In this document: one piece after another, positions 26,305-35,751 of the stretch | Layout of the letters: every line of letters begins with the position of its first letter | How positions within the stretch are numbered: the first letter of the stretch is position 1 | DNA from: Candidatus Pacearchaeota archaeon | GTDB lineage: Archaea; Nanobdellota; Nanobdellia; Pacearchaeales; GW2011-AR1 | DNA: 43,531 nt | Assembly (NCBI GenBank): GCA_040879805.1 | Contig: JBBDJP010000001.1 | Location: 132,173 to 175,703, forward strand | Direction: 5' to 3' | Notes under the pieces: model-generated | Seen by the model: only the letters and a program-made list of their open reading frames with translations | What the model was told of the DNA's origin: nothing | Database searches by the model: none | Position numbers and translations under genes: made by a program

Positions 26305-28455
26305 TTATAAATTTCCAAGAACAACACTTACTAAGACAAACAATGACACTGTAGCAATAAACGCAGTAATGAAGTACAAAAGGATGCCTTTGTAATAGTT
26401 CTTTCCAGTTTCGTGAGTTTGTCTAAGTCGATCTTCTCCAGAATCAACAGTTACAAGAGTCCTTGTCAAGATAAAAATTATTTGCAGCAAATACAATCCA
26501 ATTATTATCTGTAAAAAGTATGGGGGGATCATTGAAGAAACCTCAAATATATTCAGAATATTATCAATATTTCCAATCGCAGCAGTTTCTCCCCCTTGAA
26601 TTTCTTCAAGACTTAATCTTGATAATATCGAAGTTATCATTGCAGCCAGCCCTACAACAACTCCTGAAAGTAATGGTGCAAGGAAAGACATATTGCTCTT
26701 CATATCTGAAACAACTTCTGCAAGCATGTCTTTAAGCCTTGCAGTTATTTTATTCATATTTTTAATATATTCAGATATACCCATCATACTTGATGCAGCA
26801 ATCTTTAATCCTTTTTTTGCAGATTCAACTAAAATTTTCATACTTATTGAAATCAACTCTGAAGGATAATCTATCAGGGCCCCCCTTCTACTGTCAAAAA
26901 TCGCTTTCTCCACACTCATTCCTCCTTGCCTTATATTATAATCAACACGCCTGAAAAAACTTTCAGTTTGTAATCCTTTTGAAGACTCTGCAACTCTTCC
27001 AAAAATTAGTTCTGGTGGAACTCCATTTCCAATCCTATTTCCTATTTGAAAAAGAGAATTGTTAAACTCAAGTTCAAGTTGCTCTGTTTTATTTCTCTCT
27101 TTCATCATTTCACTTGTTTTATCCTTATATGCAACTGAAAACATCAATGCCAAACCAAGAGGAAAAAACATACTTAAAATTAGTGCCCCTACTCCAAAAG
27201 GCCCTTTTGTTCCAGAAGAAGTTTCGATAAATTCAAAAAAACTTCCATCTCCAAAAAATCCCATTCCAAGTTCAGAAAAGGTATAATCACTTTGAAGCCC
27301 TACTATTTCAGGAAAAGGAGTGAACTGAAAAATAAATGGCAAAAATCCCAAAATGAAAAAAGGTAATGCTATAAAAAATGCTTTCAAATAAGGTTTCTTA
27401 CTCCTATATTTTGGATAAAGAGGATTTTTTTCTAGGAGAGAAGTTTCTCCATATCCTCCAGGCCTCAAAAAAACAATCTTATCTGTAAGATAAAATACAA
27501 AAAAAGGTATTATTAAGTTAAATAGAACTAATATGTGTATCCAATTTAGTAAGCCTCCAAGCATTGCAGTTGCAAGAGGTAATAATGCTAAACCCAGTGT
27601 TGGTAAAACAACTCCAAGCATGTAAACATTTGTTAATGGACTTTTTACATTGTGTGTGAACCGGAGCATTTTCTCATAGACTCCATCAAGAACAACCTTC
27701 AGAGACTTTTCCAATGTAGAAATTCTCCTTGATTCATCTGGTTCAAAAAGGCTGCTTTCGATAAGGTGGAAAGACTCTATAAATTCGGTAGCATGATCTC
27801 TCCAGGATTCTAAATAATTGTCTAGACTTGCTTTTATCGTAGAGAACTTTCCAATTTGAACATCATAAAAAACTTTTTTTAAATCCAATGCAAGAGGTGG
27901 TTGCAAATGCTCTGAAGCAAAGGCTATTGCCCTTTCTAAGTTTGGTGTATGCCTCATATAAACAACAGTATAAAGTATTGCAGGAACCATTTGAGATGAT
28001 GCTTTCAAACGCCATTTATGTGCAAGCCGCTCAGGATAAGCTTTTAAGAAATAAAATAGGAAAATAGAAAATATAATTATGAGAAAGAAAAAAAGTAGAG
28101 GGAATGAAGAAATATCTCCATTTATCAAAACAAATGCAATAGAAATAATAAGTCCAACAAAAAATAGAATAAGAAAAGATATCACGCTTAGTGTTAATGG
28201 TTGCCAAGGTTCTAAATCTAAATGAGCTCCATCAAGGTGCTTTTGAATTTCTTTAGAATCCTTATCTGAAACTTTTAATTTAATCAAGCTTCCAAGACTT
28301 TTGCATAATTTTTCATATCTTGATATCTCTTTTGCCCTGTCTTTTTTAAAATCTAAATACTGTTGACTATATCCTTTGTCTACAGAAATCTGAGATTCTA
28401 TTTTTTTTCCATACTTTTTAAGAATTTTCTCAATATCTTTGTCAGAAGTTCTCAT
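26305..28455 (-). CDS. Type IV pilus membrane platform protein (TadB/TadC/ArlJ-like, two T2SS-F-like halves)
   Basis: 716 aa polytopic; PNLERAIAFA and GVPPE..F cytoplasmic domains each followed by TMs; context between ATPase and pilins. Confidence 0.8.
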   Translation of the reverse strand: MRTSDKDIEKILKKYGKKIESQISVDKGYSQQYLDFKKDRAKEISRYEKLCKSLGSLIKLKVSDKDSKEIQKHLDGAHLDLEPWQPLTLSVISFLILFFVGLIISIAFVLINGDISSFPLLFFFLIIIFSIFLFYFLKAYPERLAHKWRLKASSQMVPAILYTVVYMRHTPNLERAIAFASEHLQPPLALDLKKVFYDVQIGKFSTIKASLDNYLESWRDHATEFIESFHLIESSLFEPDESRRISTLEKSLKVVLDGVYEKMLRFTHNVKSPLTNVYMLGVVLPTLGLALLPLATAMLGGLLNWIHILVLFNLIIPFFVFYLTDKIVFLRPGGYGETSLLEKNPLYPKYRSKKPYLKAFFIALPFFILGFLPFIFQFTPFPEIVGLQSDYTFSELGMGFFGDGSFFEFIETSSGTKGPFGVGALILSMFFPLGLALMFSVAYKDKTSEMMKERNKTEQLELEFNNSLFQIGNRIGNGVPPELIFGRVAESSKGLQTESFFRRVDYNIRQGGMSVEKAIFDSRRGALIDYPSELISISMKILVESAKKGLKIAASSMMGISEYIKNMNKITARLKDMLAEVVSDMKSNMSFLAPLLSGVVVGLAAMITSILSRLSLEEIQGGETAAIGNIDNILNIFEVSSMIPPYFLQIIIGLYLLQIIFILTRTLVTVDSGEDRLRQTHETGKNYYKGILLYFITAFIATVSLFVLVSVVLGNL

Positions 28456-28587
28456 TTAAACACCTCTTTTATTATTATCCATTATATATTTTCAATTACT
28501 ACCTTAAAAATAAGCAAAAGATGGTTAATAAATTTTCCTTTGACTTTATACTTAAAACTTATTAAAGGTCTTTTTCTAAAAAATACT

Positions 28588-29586
28588 ATGAAAACCTCAC
28601 TAAGAGTTACTCTTGGAATAATTATGTTGGGAGTTGTTGTTTACCTATTAAGAGGTATTGACTTTTTGGAAGTGTATTCTCTTTTATTACAGGCAAATAA
28701 TTTTTACCTCTTCTTAGCATTTCTTTCTTTTGGTTTTTCAATAATCTTCTTTAACCTTAGAAGCGTTTATTCGATAAGTTCTGTTGCAAAAACTGGATTT
28801 TGGTTTAACTTAAAATGTACTCTCGGAGGAAATTTTATTAATGTTATAACTCCTGGAGCCCAGATTGGAGGAGAGCCTGTAAGAGCCTACTATCTTGGGA
28901 AACGTTATAAAAAATCTGTTACTAAACTTTTTGCAGCAATAATTGCTGATAGAGTTTTCCATGTTACTGCCATACTTTTCTTTATTCTTGTATCTGTACT
29001 TTATATGTTAACAGTCATTCCAATTTCTCCAGAGATTAAGGTCGTGTTTCAAACAGCTATTTTCTCTATCTTTTTTATCTTCTTATTGGTGCTTTTAATC
29101 AATTCAGACAAAACAAGAAATTGGGTAATAAAGGTGATCAAAAAAAGAGGATGGGTAAATTCCAAAAAAGGTGGGAAATTTGGAAAAATTAAAGAAGTTA
29201 TAACAAAACATTCAAAAGAGTTTCTGAAAATATTCTTAAAAACTCTGAAAACAAAAAGAATCGTCATAGTAGGAATAACTCTTTCTTTAATAAATTGGAT
29301 TTTGGTTTGTTTATCTCCTTATTTCCTCTTTATTTCTTTTGGAATTCATGTAAATTTCCTTATAGTAATGGCTATCGCCAGTTTGGGGAGTGCAGTAGGT
29401 GATCTCTCTCCTACCCCTGGAGGTCTTGGTCTTGTGGAGGGATCTATGATCTTTATGTATTCTGCATTGGGAATAAACTTTGCAGCTGCATTTGCAGTAT
29501 CTATTCTTAGTAGAATAATACTCTACTTCTTCCACCTAGTGTTAGGAGGATTAAGCATAATTCATCTTGAAAGAAATGTGGGATAA
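28588..29586 (+). CDS. Flippase-like membrane protein (AglD2/UPF0104/LPG-synthase TM family)
   Basis: NVITPGAQIGGEPVRAY, ADR, PTPGGLGLVEG, ILSR; start adjusted to ATG 28588. Confidence 0.9.
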   Translation: MKTSLRVTLGIIMLGVVVYLLRGIDFLEVYSLLLQANNFYLFLAFLSFGFSIIFFNLRSVYSISSVAKTGFWFNLKCTLGGNFINVITPGAQIGGEPVRAYYLGKRYKKSVTKLFAAIIADRVFHVTAILFFILVSVLYMLTVIPISPEIKVVFQTAIFSIFFIFLLVLLINSDKTRNWVIKVIKKRGWVNSKKGGKFGKIKEVITKHSKEFLKIFLKTLKTKRIVIVGITLSLINWILVCLSPYFLFISFGIHVNFLIVMAIASLGSAVGDLSPTPGGLGLVEGSMIFMYSALGINFAAAFAVSILSRIILYFFHLVLGGLSIIHLERNVG

Positions 29587-29588
29587 AT

Positions 29589-31886
29589 TTAGGTTTTTCT
29601 TTTTTTGATTTCTTCTTGAAACCATTTTTTCCATTCAGGAAAAACTTTCTCACCTTTAGGAAGTCCATCTTCTTCAATAATTTTCTCAGAAATTCTATGA
29701 AATGCATGATTTGCAGCAGAACTAAATTCCGACTCTAATAAACCATAATCTTTTGTTTTTTCAGCAGTTCTAACAAGTTCTTCTTTTATTTTTGCCCTTA
29801 AGGTTATATTATCCCACACTGCGTCCCAGTTTCCTGCCCATCCTTTGACTCCTGAAGCAACTTCTTTGATAATTTCACTATTCCCATTAATTAGGTCTTC
29901 TGTAGGTTCTAATTGATCTGTCTCAACATTATACTTCATTAAATCAACAAAACCACCTTCATCAAGAGGATCTTTTTCCCAGTGTTTCCTAACTTCTGAA
30001 ATTCTTACAATTCTTTTAAAAGAGTGTAAACCATCTGAAGATTTTATAGGATTTGCAACAACAATTATATCTGTAGCCTTAAAACTAGTTGGGGGTACTT
30101 TTAGATCATTGACAACTCTATCAAAAACCCCATAAGGAGAAGCACCGTGGATTGTTCCTGCAACCACATTTGCCAAGGCACCTACACGCATCGCTTCATA
30201 AAGTGCCTGAGCCTCAACACTCCTAACTTCACCAATAATCAAACTTGAATCTCCTAAACGCAAACTTGTTCGAATCCCATCATCTGCCGAAACTTCATTA
30301 GTTGTTTTTAACAAAGCACTTCTAACTTTCATCCTTAGGATATCATACTTCAATTTTCTTAAGGATTCAACAGGAAGCTCAAGAGAATCTTCAATAACAA
30401 TTATTCTGTGTTTAGGAATTATTTCAAGCATAAGGCTTCCCAGAACAGATGTTTTTCCTGAACTTCTTGTTCCTGCAATAAGAATTGTTCTTGAACCATC
30501 TATTAAAAAACTCAAAAGGCCTGCGGCCAAAGGATTCATCATCTTGTTTTGAATAAATAATGGGAATGTCCAAGGTTCTTCCCTGTGTCTTCTTATAGAA
30601 TAAGCTAAACCATCTGGGCTAAGCGGTTGTTGAACAATTGCAATTCTTGCCCTTATTTTTCCTATCTCTAATTGAGTATCTAAAATAGGGTTTGCCTCAT
30701 CTAAAGGTCTACCTGAAATCAATCTAAATTTTGCGGCCCATGAATCTGTATCTTCTTGGCTTGGAATTATGTTGGTGATACATTCATCATATTTTTGATG
30801 CATCACAAAAACAGGAGTCATTGAAATTGGGGCATTCAAGGAAATATCTTGCAAATTTTTATCCTGTAGCAAAACTTCCAAAACTCCAAATCCTATAGTA
30901 TGTCTAACAAGAATTGTTGCTAGTTTATTTATTTCAGAATAGGTTGCGCCAATTCCTTTTCCTTGAGCAAGATCTTGTAAAAGATCTTTAGAAACGTTAA
31001 AAAAGACTTGCCTGGTCCTTTCTGTGTCTGTAAACTCTTCTGCCTTTGGTTGATGTTCCATTAAAACCTTTTTTGCAAGGTTCAAAAGAATATGGTGGTC
31101 TTCACTTAATGTATTTTCTGGAGGGACTAAATGGTAAATTAATTTTGGATCATCCCTCTTTTTTAAAATTGTAACAAGTGAAACATCATATTCATCTATT
31201 GATATCTCATACTGGTTGATAATTTCTGCATCATCAGGAAGATCTGAAACGAGCCTTGTAAAAGTAAAATTAGGAATTATGTCTGGCTTAAATAATTTGA
31301 AATAAATTTCCCTATTTCCCTTCCGATAATCATCTAAATATTGGCTTGCCTCTTTAATGATTTTCAAATTACTTAACTTCTCAAAAATTTCTTCAAGTAA
31401 ACCAACATAATTTTCTTGATCGGATTTATATGTTGAATCTGTATGATCTGCTAAAATTTTTCCTTGAATTATCGCCTTTTTTAAATCAAAATAAGCCGCT
31501 AAAGGATCTCTTTTTAACATATTAAGAAAAGAAAATAATTCATTATACCTTTTAGAAAAAGATGAATTACTTTTTGAAGAAATTTTCTCTTTAGATAAAA
31601 TATTTTCTTGTTTCAAAAGATATGTGTATATCTGGGCCATCTCTAAAAGAAAAGATGTCTCTTTAAAATCATAATTATAATTCTTTTGCTGGGTAAAAAT
31701 TATTCTTGAAACATTAGGGTTTTCAATTAGTGCATCCACTGTCCTCTCCATTACATGAGGATATTCTGCTAAACTTGGAACAAAAGGCGCACCTAAATAG
31801 TTAAGATAAAGAATGTCTTCACCTCCTTCTCTTCTAACTTCATAAGAATAAAGAACCTTTCCTTTTCCCTGTGCTGAATCTGTCAT
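29589..31886 (-). CDS. Type II/IV secretion-pilus assembly ATPase (TadA/ArlI/VirB11 family) with long N-terminal extension
   Basis: Walker A GTRSSGKT, Asp box IEDSLEL, Walker B LIIGEVR, His box GTIHG. Confidence 0.93.
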   Translation of the reverse strand: MTDSAQGKGKVLYSYEVRREGGEDILYLNYLGAPFVPSLAEYPHVMERTVDALIENPNVSRIIFTQQKNYNYDFKETSFLLEMAQIYTYLLKQENILSKEKISSKSNSSFSKRYNELFSFLNMLKRDPLAAYFDLKKAIIQGKILADHTDSTYKSDQENYVGLLEEIFEKLSNLKIIKEASQYLDDYRKGNREIYFKLFKPDIIPNFTFTRLVSDLPDDAEIINQYEISIDEYDVSLVTILKKRDDPKLIYHLVPPENTLSEDHHILLNLAKKVLMEHQPKAEEFTDTERTRQVFFNVSKDLLQDLAQGKGIGATYSEINKLATILVRHTIGFGVLEVLLQDKNLQDISLNAPISMTPVFVMHQKYDECITNIIPSQEDTDSWAAKFRLISGRPLDEANPILDTQLEIGKIRARIAIVQQPLSPDGLAYSIRRHREEPWTFPLFIQNKMMNPLAAGLLSFLIDGSRTILIAGTRSSGKTSVLGSLMLEIIPKHRIIVIEDSLELPVESLRKLKYDILRMKVRSALLKTTNEVSADDGIRTSLRLGDSSLIIGEVRSVEAQALYEAMRVGALANVVAGTIHGASPYGVFDRVVNDLKVPPTSFKATDIIVVANPIKSSDGLHSFKRIVRISEVRKHWEKDPLDEGGFVDLMKYNVETDQLEPTEDLINGNSEIIKEVASGVKGWAGNWDAVWDNITLRAKIKEELVRTAEKTKDYGLLESEFSSAANHAFHRISEKIIEEDGLPKGEKVFPEWKKWFQEEIKKRKT

Positions 31887-31992
31887 AATAATCTGTGTAG
31901 ATTAAAGTTTAAAATATTTTGTATGAATCTGAGAATCTATTTTTGAAAATAAAAAACCAAACAAATTTAAACCATTTTAACCTAATTTCACT

Positions 31993-32331
31993 ATGGTCGA
32001 AGAACGATCGGACTATGGTGGACAAATTCTTGGAGATTTAGATGCTAAGATTAGAGATCTTGAAGAAAAGAATAGATCATTAAAGGATCGTCTCCTCCTT
32101 ATCGGACAAAACCTTGTAGAGATAAAAGAAAAAACAAATGAAGGTATTTTGGAATTAAAAAAGAATATTGATAAGATTGAAAGAAATATGGAAAGGGTCG
32201 TGTCTTTTTTGGAAACTGCTTCAGAACAATTTTCAAAATTTGCTCGGAAAGAGGATCTTGAAATTCTCTCTAAACAGGCAAAAATGTTTCAGCCACTTGA
32301 ATTCGTGCGAAAAAAAGATTTAAAAAAATAG
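31993..32331 (+). CDS. Coiled-coil hypothetical protein
   Basis: 112 aa heptad pattern, ends FARKEDLEILSKQAKMFQPLEFV. Confidence 0.75.
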   Translation: MVEERSDYGGQILGDLDAKIRDLEEKNRSLKDRLLLIGQNLVEIKEKTNEGILELKKNIDKIERNMERVVSFLETASEQFSKFARKEDLEILSKQAKMFQPLEFVRKKDLKK

Positions 32332-32347
32332 TTAATAATTAATTTAA

Positions 32348-33193
32348 ATGGGTATTTTAGAACAAGTTACAGGAATGAAGGAAAAGGGAGCTTCAGAAGA
32401 TGAAATAGTTAAAAGTTTGAAAGATCAAGGAGTTTCTCCCAATGAAATTAGTGAAGCGCTAAGTCAGGCAAAAATAAAAAATGCAGTTTCTTCAGAACAA
32501 GGAGGAAATACAAATGAATCAATGGAACCTTCAATGATGGGTCCTGAAGAAACTAATCCTGAAAACCATTCTGAACTTCCAACAGAAAATATCTCTGATG
32601 AAGATCTTGAACCTCCGACACCTTCAAAATCCCAACAACCTCAAACAAGAAAAGGCTTTCAACCAATGACAAAAGAAGTTTCTGAAAATTCAAATCAAGA
32701 ATATGTTCCAAGACCTCAGGGTTCTGCTTCTTATAGTAATGAATATCAAGGGCAGCCCTACCCTCAATATGAAGAAAGTCAAGAATATGAGAATTATGGT
32801 CAAGATCCTTATGGTTATGACTCTGGAAGTTCAGATACAATGATCGAAATTTCAGAGCAAGTATTCACAGAAAAAATTAAGAAAATACAGGAAAAAGTTG
32901 ATGAATTCAATGAGTTCAAAAATCTCGCAGAAGAAAAGATAAATAATGTTTCTGAAAGACTAAAAAGAATTGAATCTTCAATAGATAGGTTGCAGGCAGA
33001 TATCTTGGAGAAGGTTGGTTCATATGGTAGAGGTTTGGAAGGAGTTAAAAAAGAAATGGGAATGATTCAAGAATCTTTTGGAAAGGTTGTAAATACTCTT
33101 GCGGATAAGGCAGAGAAAAGTCATCCTTCAAAAACCCATTCTCATAAATCAAAAAAATCTTCAAAAAAGAAAAAGACTTCTAAGAAAAAATAG
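32348..33193 (+). CDS. Hypothetical protein: small helical N-domain, acidic disordered linker, C-terminal coiled coil, basic tail
   Basis: 281 aa composition and heptads. Confidence 0.8.
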   Translation: MGILEQVTGMKEKGASEDEIVKSLKDQGVSPNEISEALSQAKIKNAVSSEQGGNTNESMEPSMMGPEETNPENHSELPTENISDEDLEPPTPSKSQQPQTRKGFQPMTKEVSENSNQEYVPRPQGSASYSNEYQGQPYPQYEESQEYENYGQDPYGYDSGSSDTMIEISEQVFTEKIKKIQEKVDEFNEFKNLAEEKINNVSERLKRIESSIDRLQADILEKVGSYGRGLEGVKKEMGMIQESFGKVVNTLADKAEKSHPSKTHSHKSKKSSKKKKTSKKK

Positions 33194-33205
33194 TTTTAAC
33201 TGTTA

Positions 33206-33787
33206 TTATTTCTTACTTCTAAAAATAGGAACTCCATATTCTGGAAGCTCTGGCTTATTTCCAGGACTCTTTAAAATCCATGCCATGAATCCCAGCACAA
33301 TTGCGACCACCATAATTCCTGGCCAATAATCATACAAAAACCATCCCCAATATCCCCAATCAGAACCAATTGTCCATGCAAAACTTTGAGAAATTACAAC
33401 TACGAAAACAATCAATGCGCCAATTATAAAAAGCCATCCAACATATTTGTTATCCTCATCTTCAGGAATGAACAATCCTAAGAGTATTAATGCAACCAAT
33501 ATTACTGCCAATCCAACTCCAAGTCTTGGAAATATTTCTGAGAAAAACACTGGAACAAAATTAAACTGTAATGCTAAAAGAGAAACTGTGAGCGCAAGAA
33601 CAGCATTTATGGGTTTATTTTCTTTGAATATTTTTGCTCTTGTTAAAATTCCAAAAGTAAGTGAAAAAATCAAAAGAAAGGGTAAAACATAACTGAAAAA
33701 GCCTAGCTGCTCTAAGCGAGAAAGAAAAAATCCTATATCGCCTCCATAAAATCCTCCAAACTGAAAACTCAAAAACTTACTGATCAT
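33206..33787 (-). CDS. Polytopic membrane protein (PFLLIF family paralog 1)
   Basis: ~5 TMs; VLPFLLIFSLTFGILTRAKIF...INAVLAL. Confidence 0.8.
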   Translation of the reverse strand: MISKFLSFQFGGFYGGDIGFFLSRLEQLGFFSYVLPFLLIFSLTFGILTRAKIFKENKPINAVLALTVSLLALQFNFVPVFFSEIFPRLGVGLAVILVALILLGLFIPEDEDNKYVGWLFIIGALIVFVVVISQSFAWTIGSDWGYWGWFLYDYWPGIMVVAIVLGFMAWILKSPGNKPELPEYGVPIFRSKK

Positions 33788-33860
33788 AAAAGAACTGAGT
33801 TAAGAATATTTAAATATGTTTCGGGATGATAAAAACCTTATGAAATTGATTCTTATTGAT

Positions 33861-34370
33861 TTAATTGTTGCCTTTAGTTAAAACAAAAGCAAGTGCGCCT
33901 ATAACTGCAGCTATAAAAACAACATTTGTCCAAAATGTCTGACTCCAATCACTTGTAAAAAGAAAACTGAAAATATCATAAAAAAACTGGATCGAAGTTC
34001 CTGCAGCCCAAAGAACTCCTGCAATAAGAGCTATAGAAATTAGCATAATAATGACCCAACTAAATCCTTTTACATTCTCCCATTGGAGCCCTTTATCTCC
34101 CGCTACAAATCCCCAAAGCAAAAGTCCAACAAACATTACAACAAGAGAAACTGCTAAAAAGAGTATCAAATTTGAAACAACTTGATTAAAATCAATTACT
34201 GCAACAAAAATTAGTCCAACAACAAAAGCAAGCAGGGCATTGAGCTGTTTACTCCCATCTCCAAAAACTTTTGATTTTTCAAGAACTCCAAAAACTATGA
34301 AAAAAATTAATAAAAACGGCAGAGCAAACTGAGAGAAAATCCAGTGTTGCAATATTGTCTCTTCAACCAT
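33861..34370 (-). CDS. Polytopic membrane protein (PFLLIF family paralog 2)
   Basis: ~5 TMs; ALPFLLIFFIVFGVLEKSKVF...LNALLAF. Confidence 0.8.
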   Translation of the reverse strand: MVEETILQHWIFSQFALPFLLIFFIVFGVLEKSKVFGDGSKQLNALLAFVVGLIFVAVIDFNQVVSNLILFLAVSLVVMFVGLLLWGFVAGDKGLQWENVKGFSWVIIMLISIALIAGVLWAAGTSIQFFYDIFSFLFTSDWSQTFWTNVVFIAAVIGALAFVLTKGNN

Positions 34371-34422
34371 ATGAAAATAGTGATTTCATAGTATTTAAAT
34401 TTTCTGGGAATAGAAACTAGAA

Positions 34423-34707
34423 TTAAATTAAATCTTCAACTTCTTCTTCACCTAATGAATCTGACTCCTGGCTTGGAAGCGCGGCATTACTTATAATAAA
34501 AATATCACTTATTGCCCTCACAAACTGATGAGGAATAATAACACCTCGTGCGCCCCCTATCAAGGACATGACGCTTCCACCGACTTTAATTCTCCACCCA
34601 TCTATCTTGTTTTCTTGTAAGTTTGCTTCCTCAACCTCTCCAAAAAAGTCTCCCGAATCAGTATAAACTTTTGAACCAACAGCCTCAGTTATTTTTTTAA
34701 CTCTCAT
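34423..34707 (-). CDS. PRC-barrel domain protein (CdpB-like)
   Basis: VGSKVYTDSGDFFGEVEE...IIPHQFVRAISDIFII. Confidence 0.88.
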   Translation of the reverse strand: MRVKKITEAVGSKVYTDSGDFFGEVEEANLQENKIDGWRIKVGGSVMSLIGGARGVIIPHQFVRAISDIFIISNAALPSQESDSLGEEEVEDLI

Positions 34708-34817
34708 AGGTGAATTTAATCAAACTCATTTAAATACTTTTCCGTGCTCTTAAATATATTAACCTTATAGAAGTTCATCATAACAAACTTTATAAAAAAT
34801 TTAATCATTGAAAAGTC

Positions 34818-35444
34818 ATGATAAATAAAAATGAAATCTATTCCATACTCCTTGTAATCGGAATTTTAACTCTTTCTTTAGGAATTTTCCAGGATTTGGC
34901 TTCATTTTTTTGGATTTTTCTCGCAGTTTTACTTGTAATTACTATAAACTCTTTAGCAAAAAAAATCATGGCTTTTTACCTAGAATCCGAAATAGAATTT
35001 AAAATATGGGAAATTCACCGATTTGGATTTAAACCAAAAAATCATTTTAAAAAACCGTTCCGTGCAGGAGCTTTCATTCCATTAATAACTTCTGTAATAA
35101 CTTTTGGAAACTTCGTTTGGTTATCTTCTTTGATTTTTGATATAAAACCCAAAATTTACAGATCTGCAAAAAGACATGGTCTTTATTCTTTTTCTGAAAT
35201 AACTGAAGATCACATTGGGTTCATAGCTGCTGCAGGAGTTTTTGCAAATCTTGTTTTTGCAATAATTGGGTATTTAATAGGATTTGAAGAATTTTCCAAA
35301 ATTAACATTTACTTAGCGTTTTTTAATATGATACCTCTTTCAGACCTTGATGGAAATAAAATATTCTTCGGAAACATTACTCTCTGGATATTCCTCACAA
35401 CACTTACCTTATTGGGATTGGGATTTGCATTTTTCATAATTTAA
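34818..35444 (+). CDS. Site-2 protease (M50)-like membrane protein lacking HExxH
   Basis: IAAAGVFAN, LAFFNMIPLSDLDGNKI conserved; HExxH position reads NSLAK. Confidence 0.75.
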   Translation: MINKNEIYSILLVIGILTLSLGIFQDLASFFWIFLAVLLVITINSLAKKIMAFYLESEIEFKIWEIHRFGFKPKNHFKKPFRAGAFIPLITSVITFGNFVWLSSLIFDIKPKIYRSAKRHGLYSFSEITEDHIGFIAAAGVFANLVFAIIGYLIGFEEFSKINIYLAFFNMIPLSDLDGNKIFFGNITLWIFLTTLTLLGLGFAFFII

Positions 35445-35492
35445 ATAAACAAAAAGAATTTAAATAAAAAAGGACACCTTAAATAGATTAAA

Positions 35493-35687
35493 ATGATAAA
35501 AACAAGAAGAATTGCAGGAATAATTGCAGGGATTTCGCTCTTTGCAGGCTTTTTCTTCCTTGATAGGGGAGTAACTGGAAATGTTGTCTTGAATGGAAAC
35601 TTGCCTCCTTTTGATTTCCTTTCCCTTGTTGGACTTTTACTAGTTTTTTGCTCTGCAGGAATAGCATTCTACCTTATTCAAAATTAA
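35493..35687 (+). CDS. Small two-TM membrane protein
   Basis: 64 aa, two hydrophobic helices flanking GVTGNVVL; TATA-like element upstream. Confidence 0.7.
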   Translation: MIKTRRIAGIIAGISLFAGFFFLDRGVTGNVVLNGNLPPFDFLSLVGLLLVFCSAGIAFYLIQN

Positions 35688-35751
35688 GTCTCCGAAAAGG
35701 TTCTATTGATTTTACACTAAGATTTTTATAAAGAAGCTTCTTTTTTTATAT

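Noticed and set aside
28363-28587. Extended start of the flippase-like ORF
   Set aside because: Overlaps the platform gene start and the divergent promoter region; ATG 28588 fits better
21338-31886. Archaellum interpretation of the filament locus
   Set aside because: No archaellin-like N-terminus, ArlH ATPase or ArlF/G recognised
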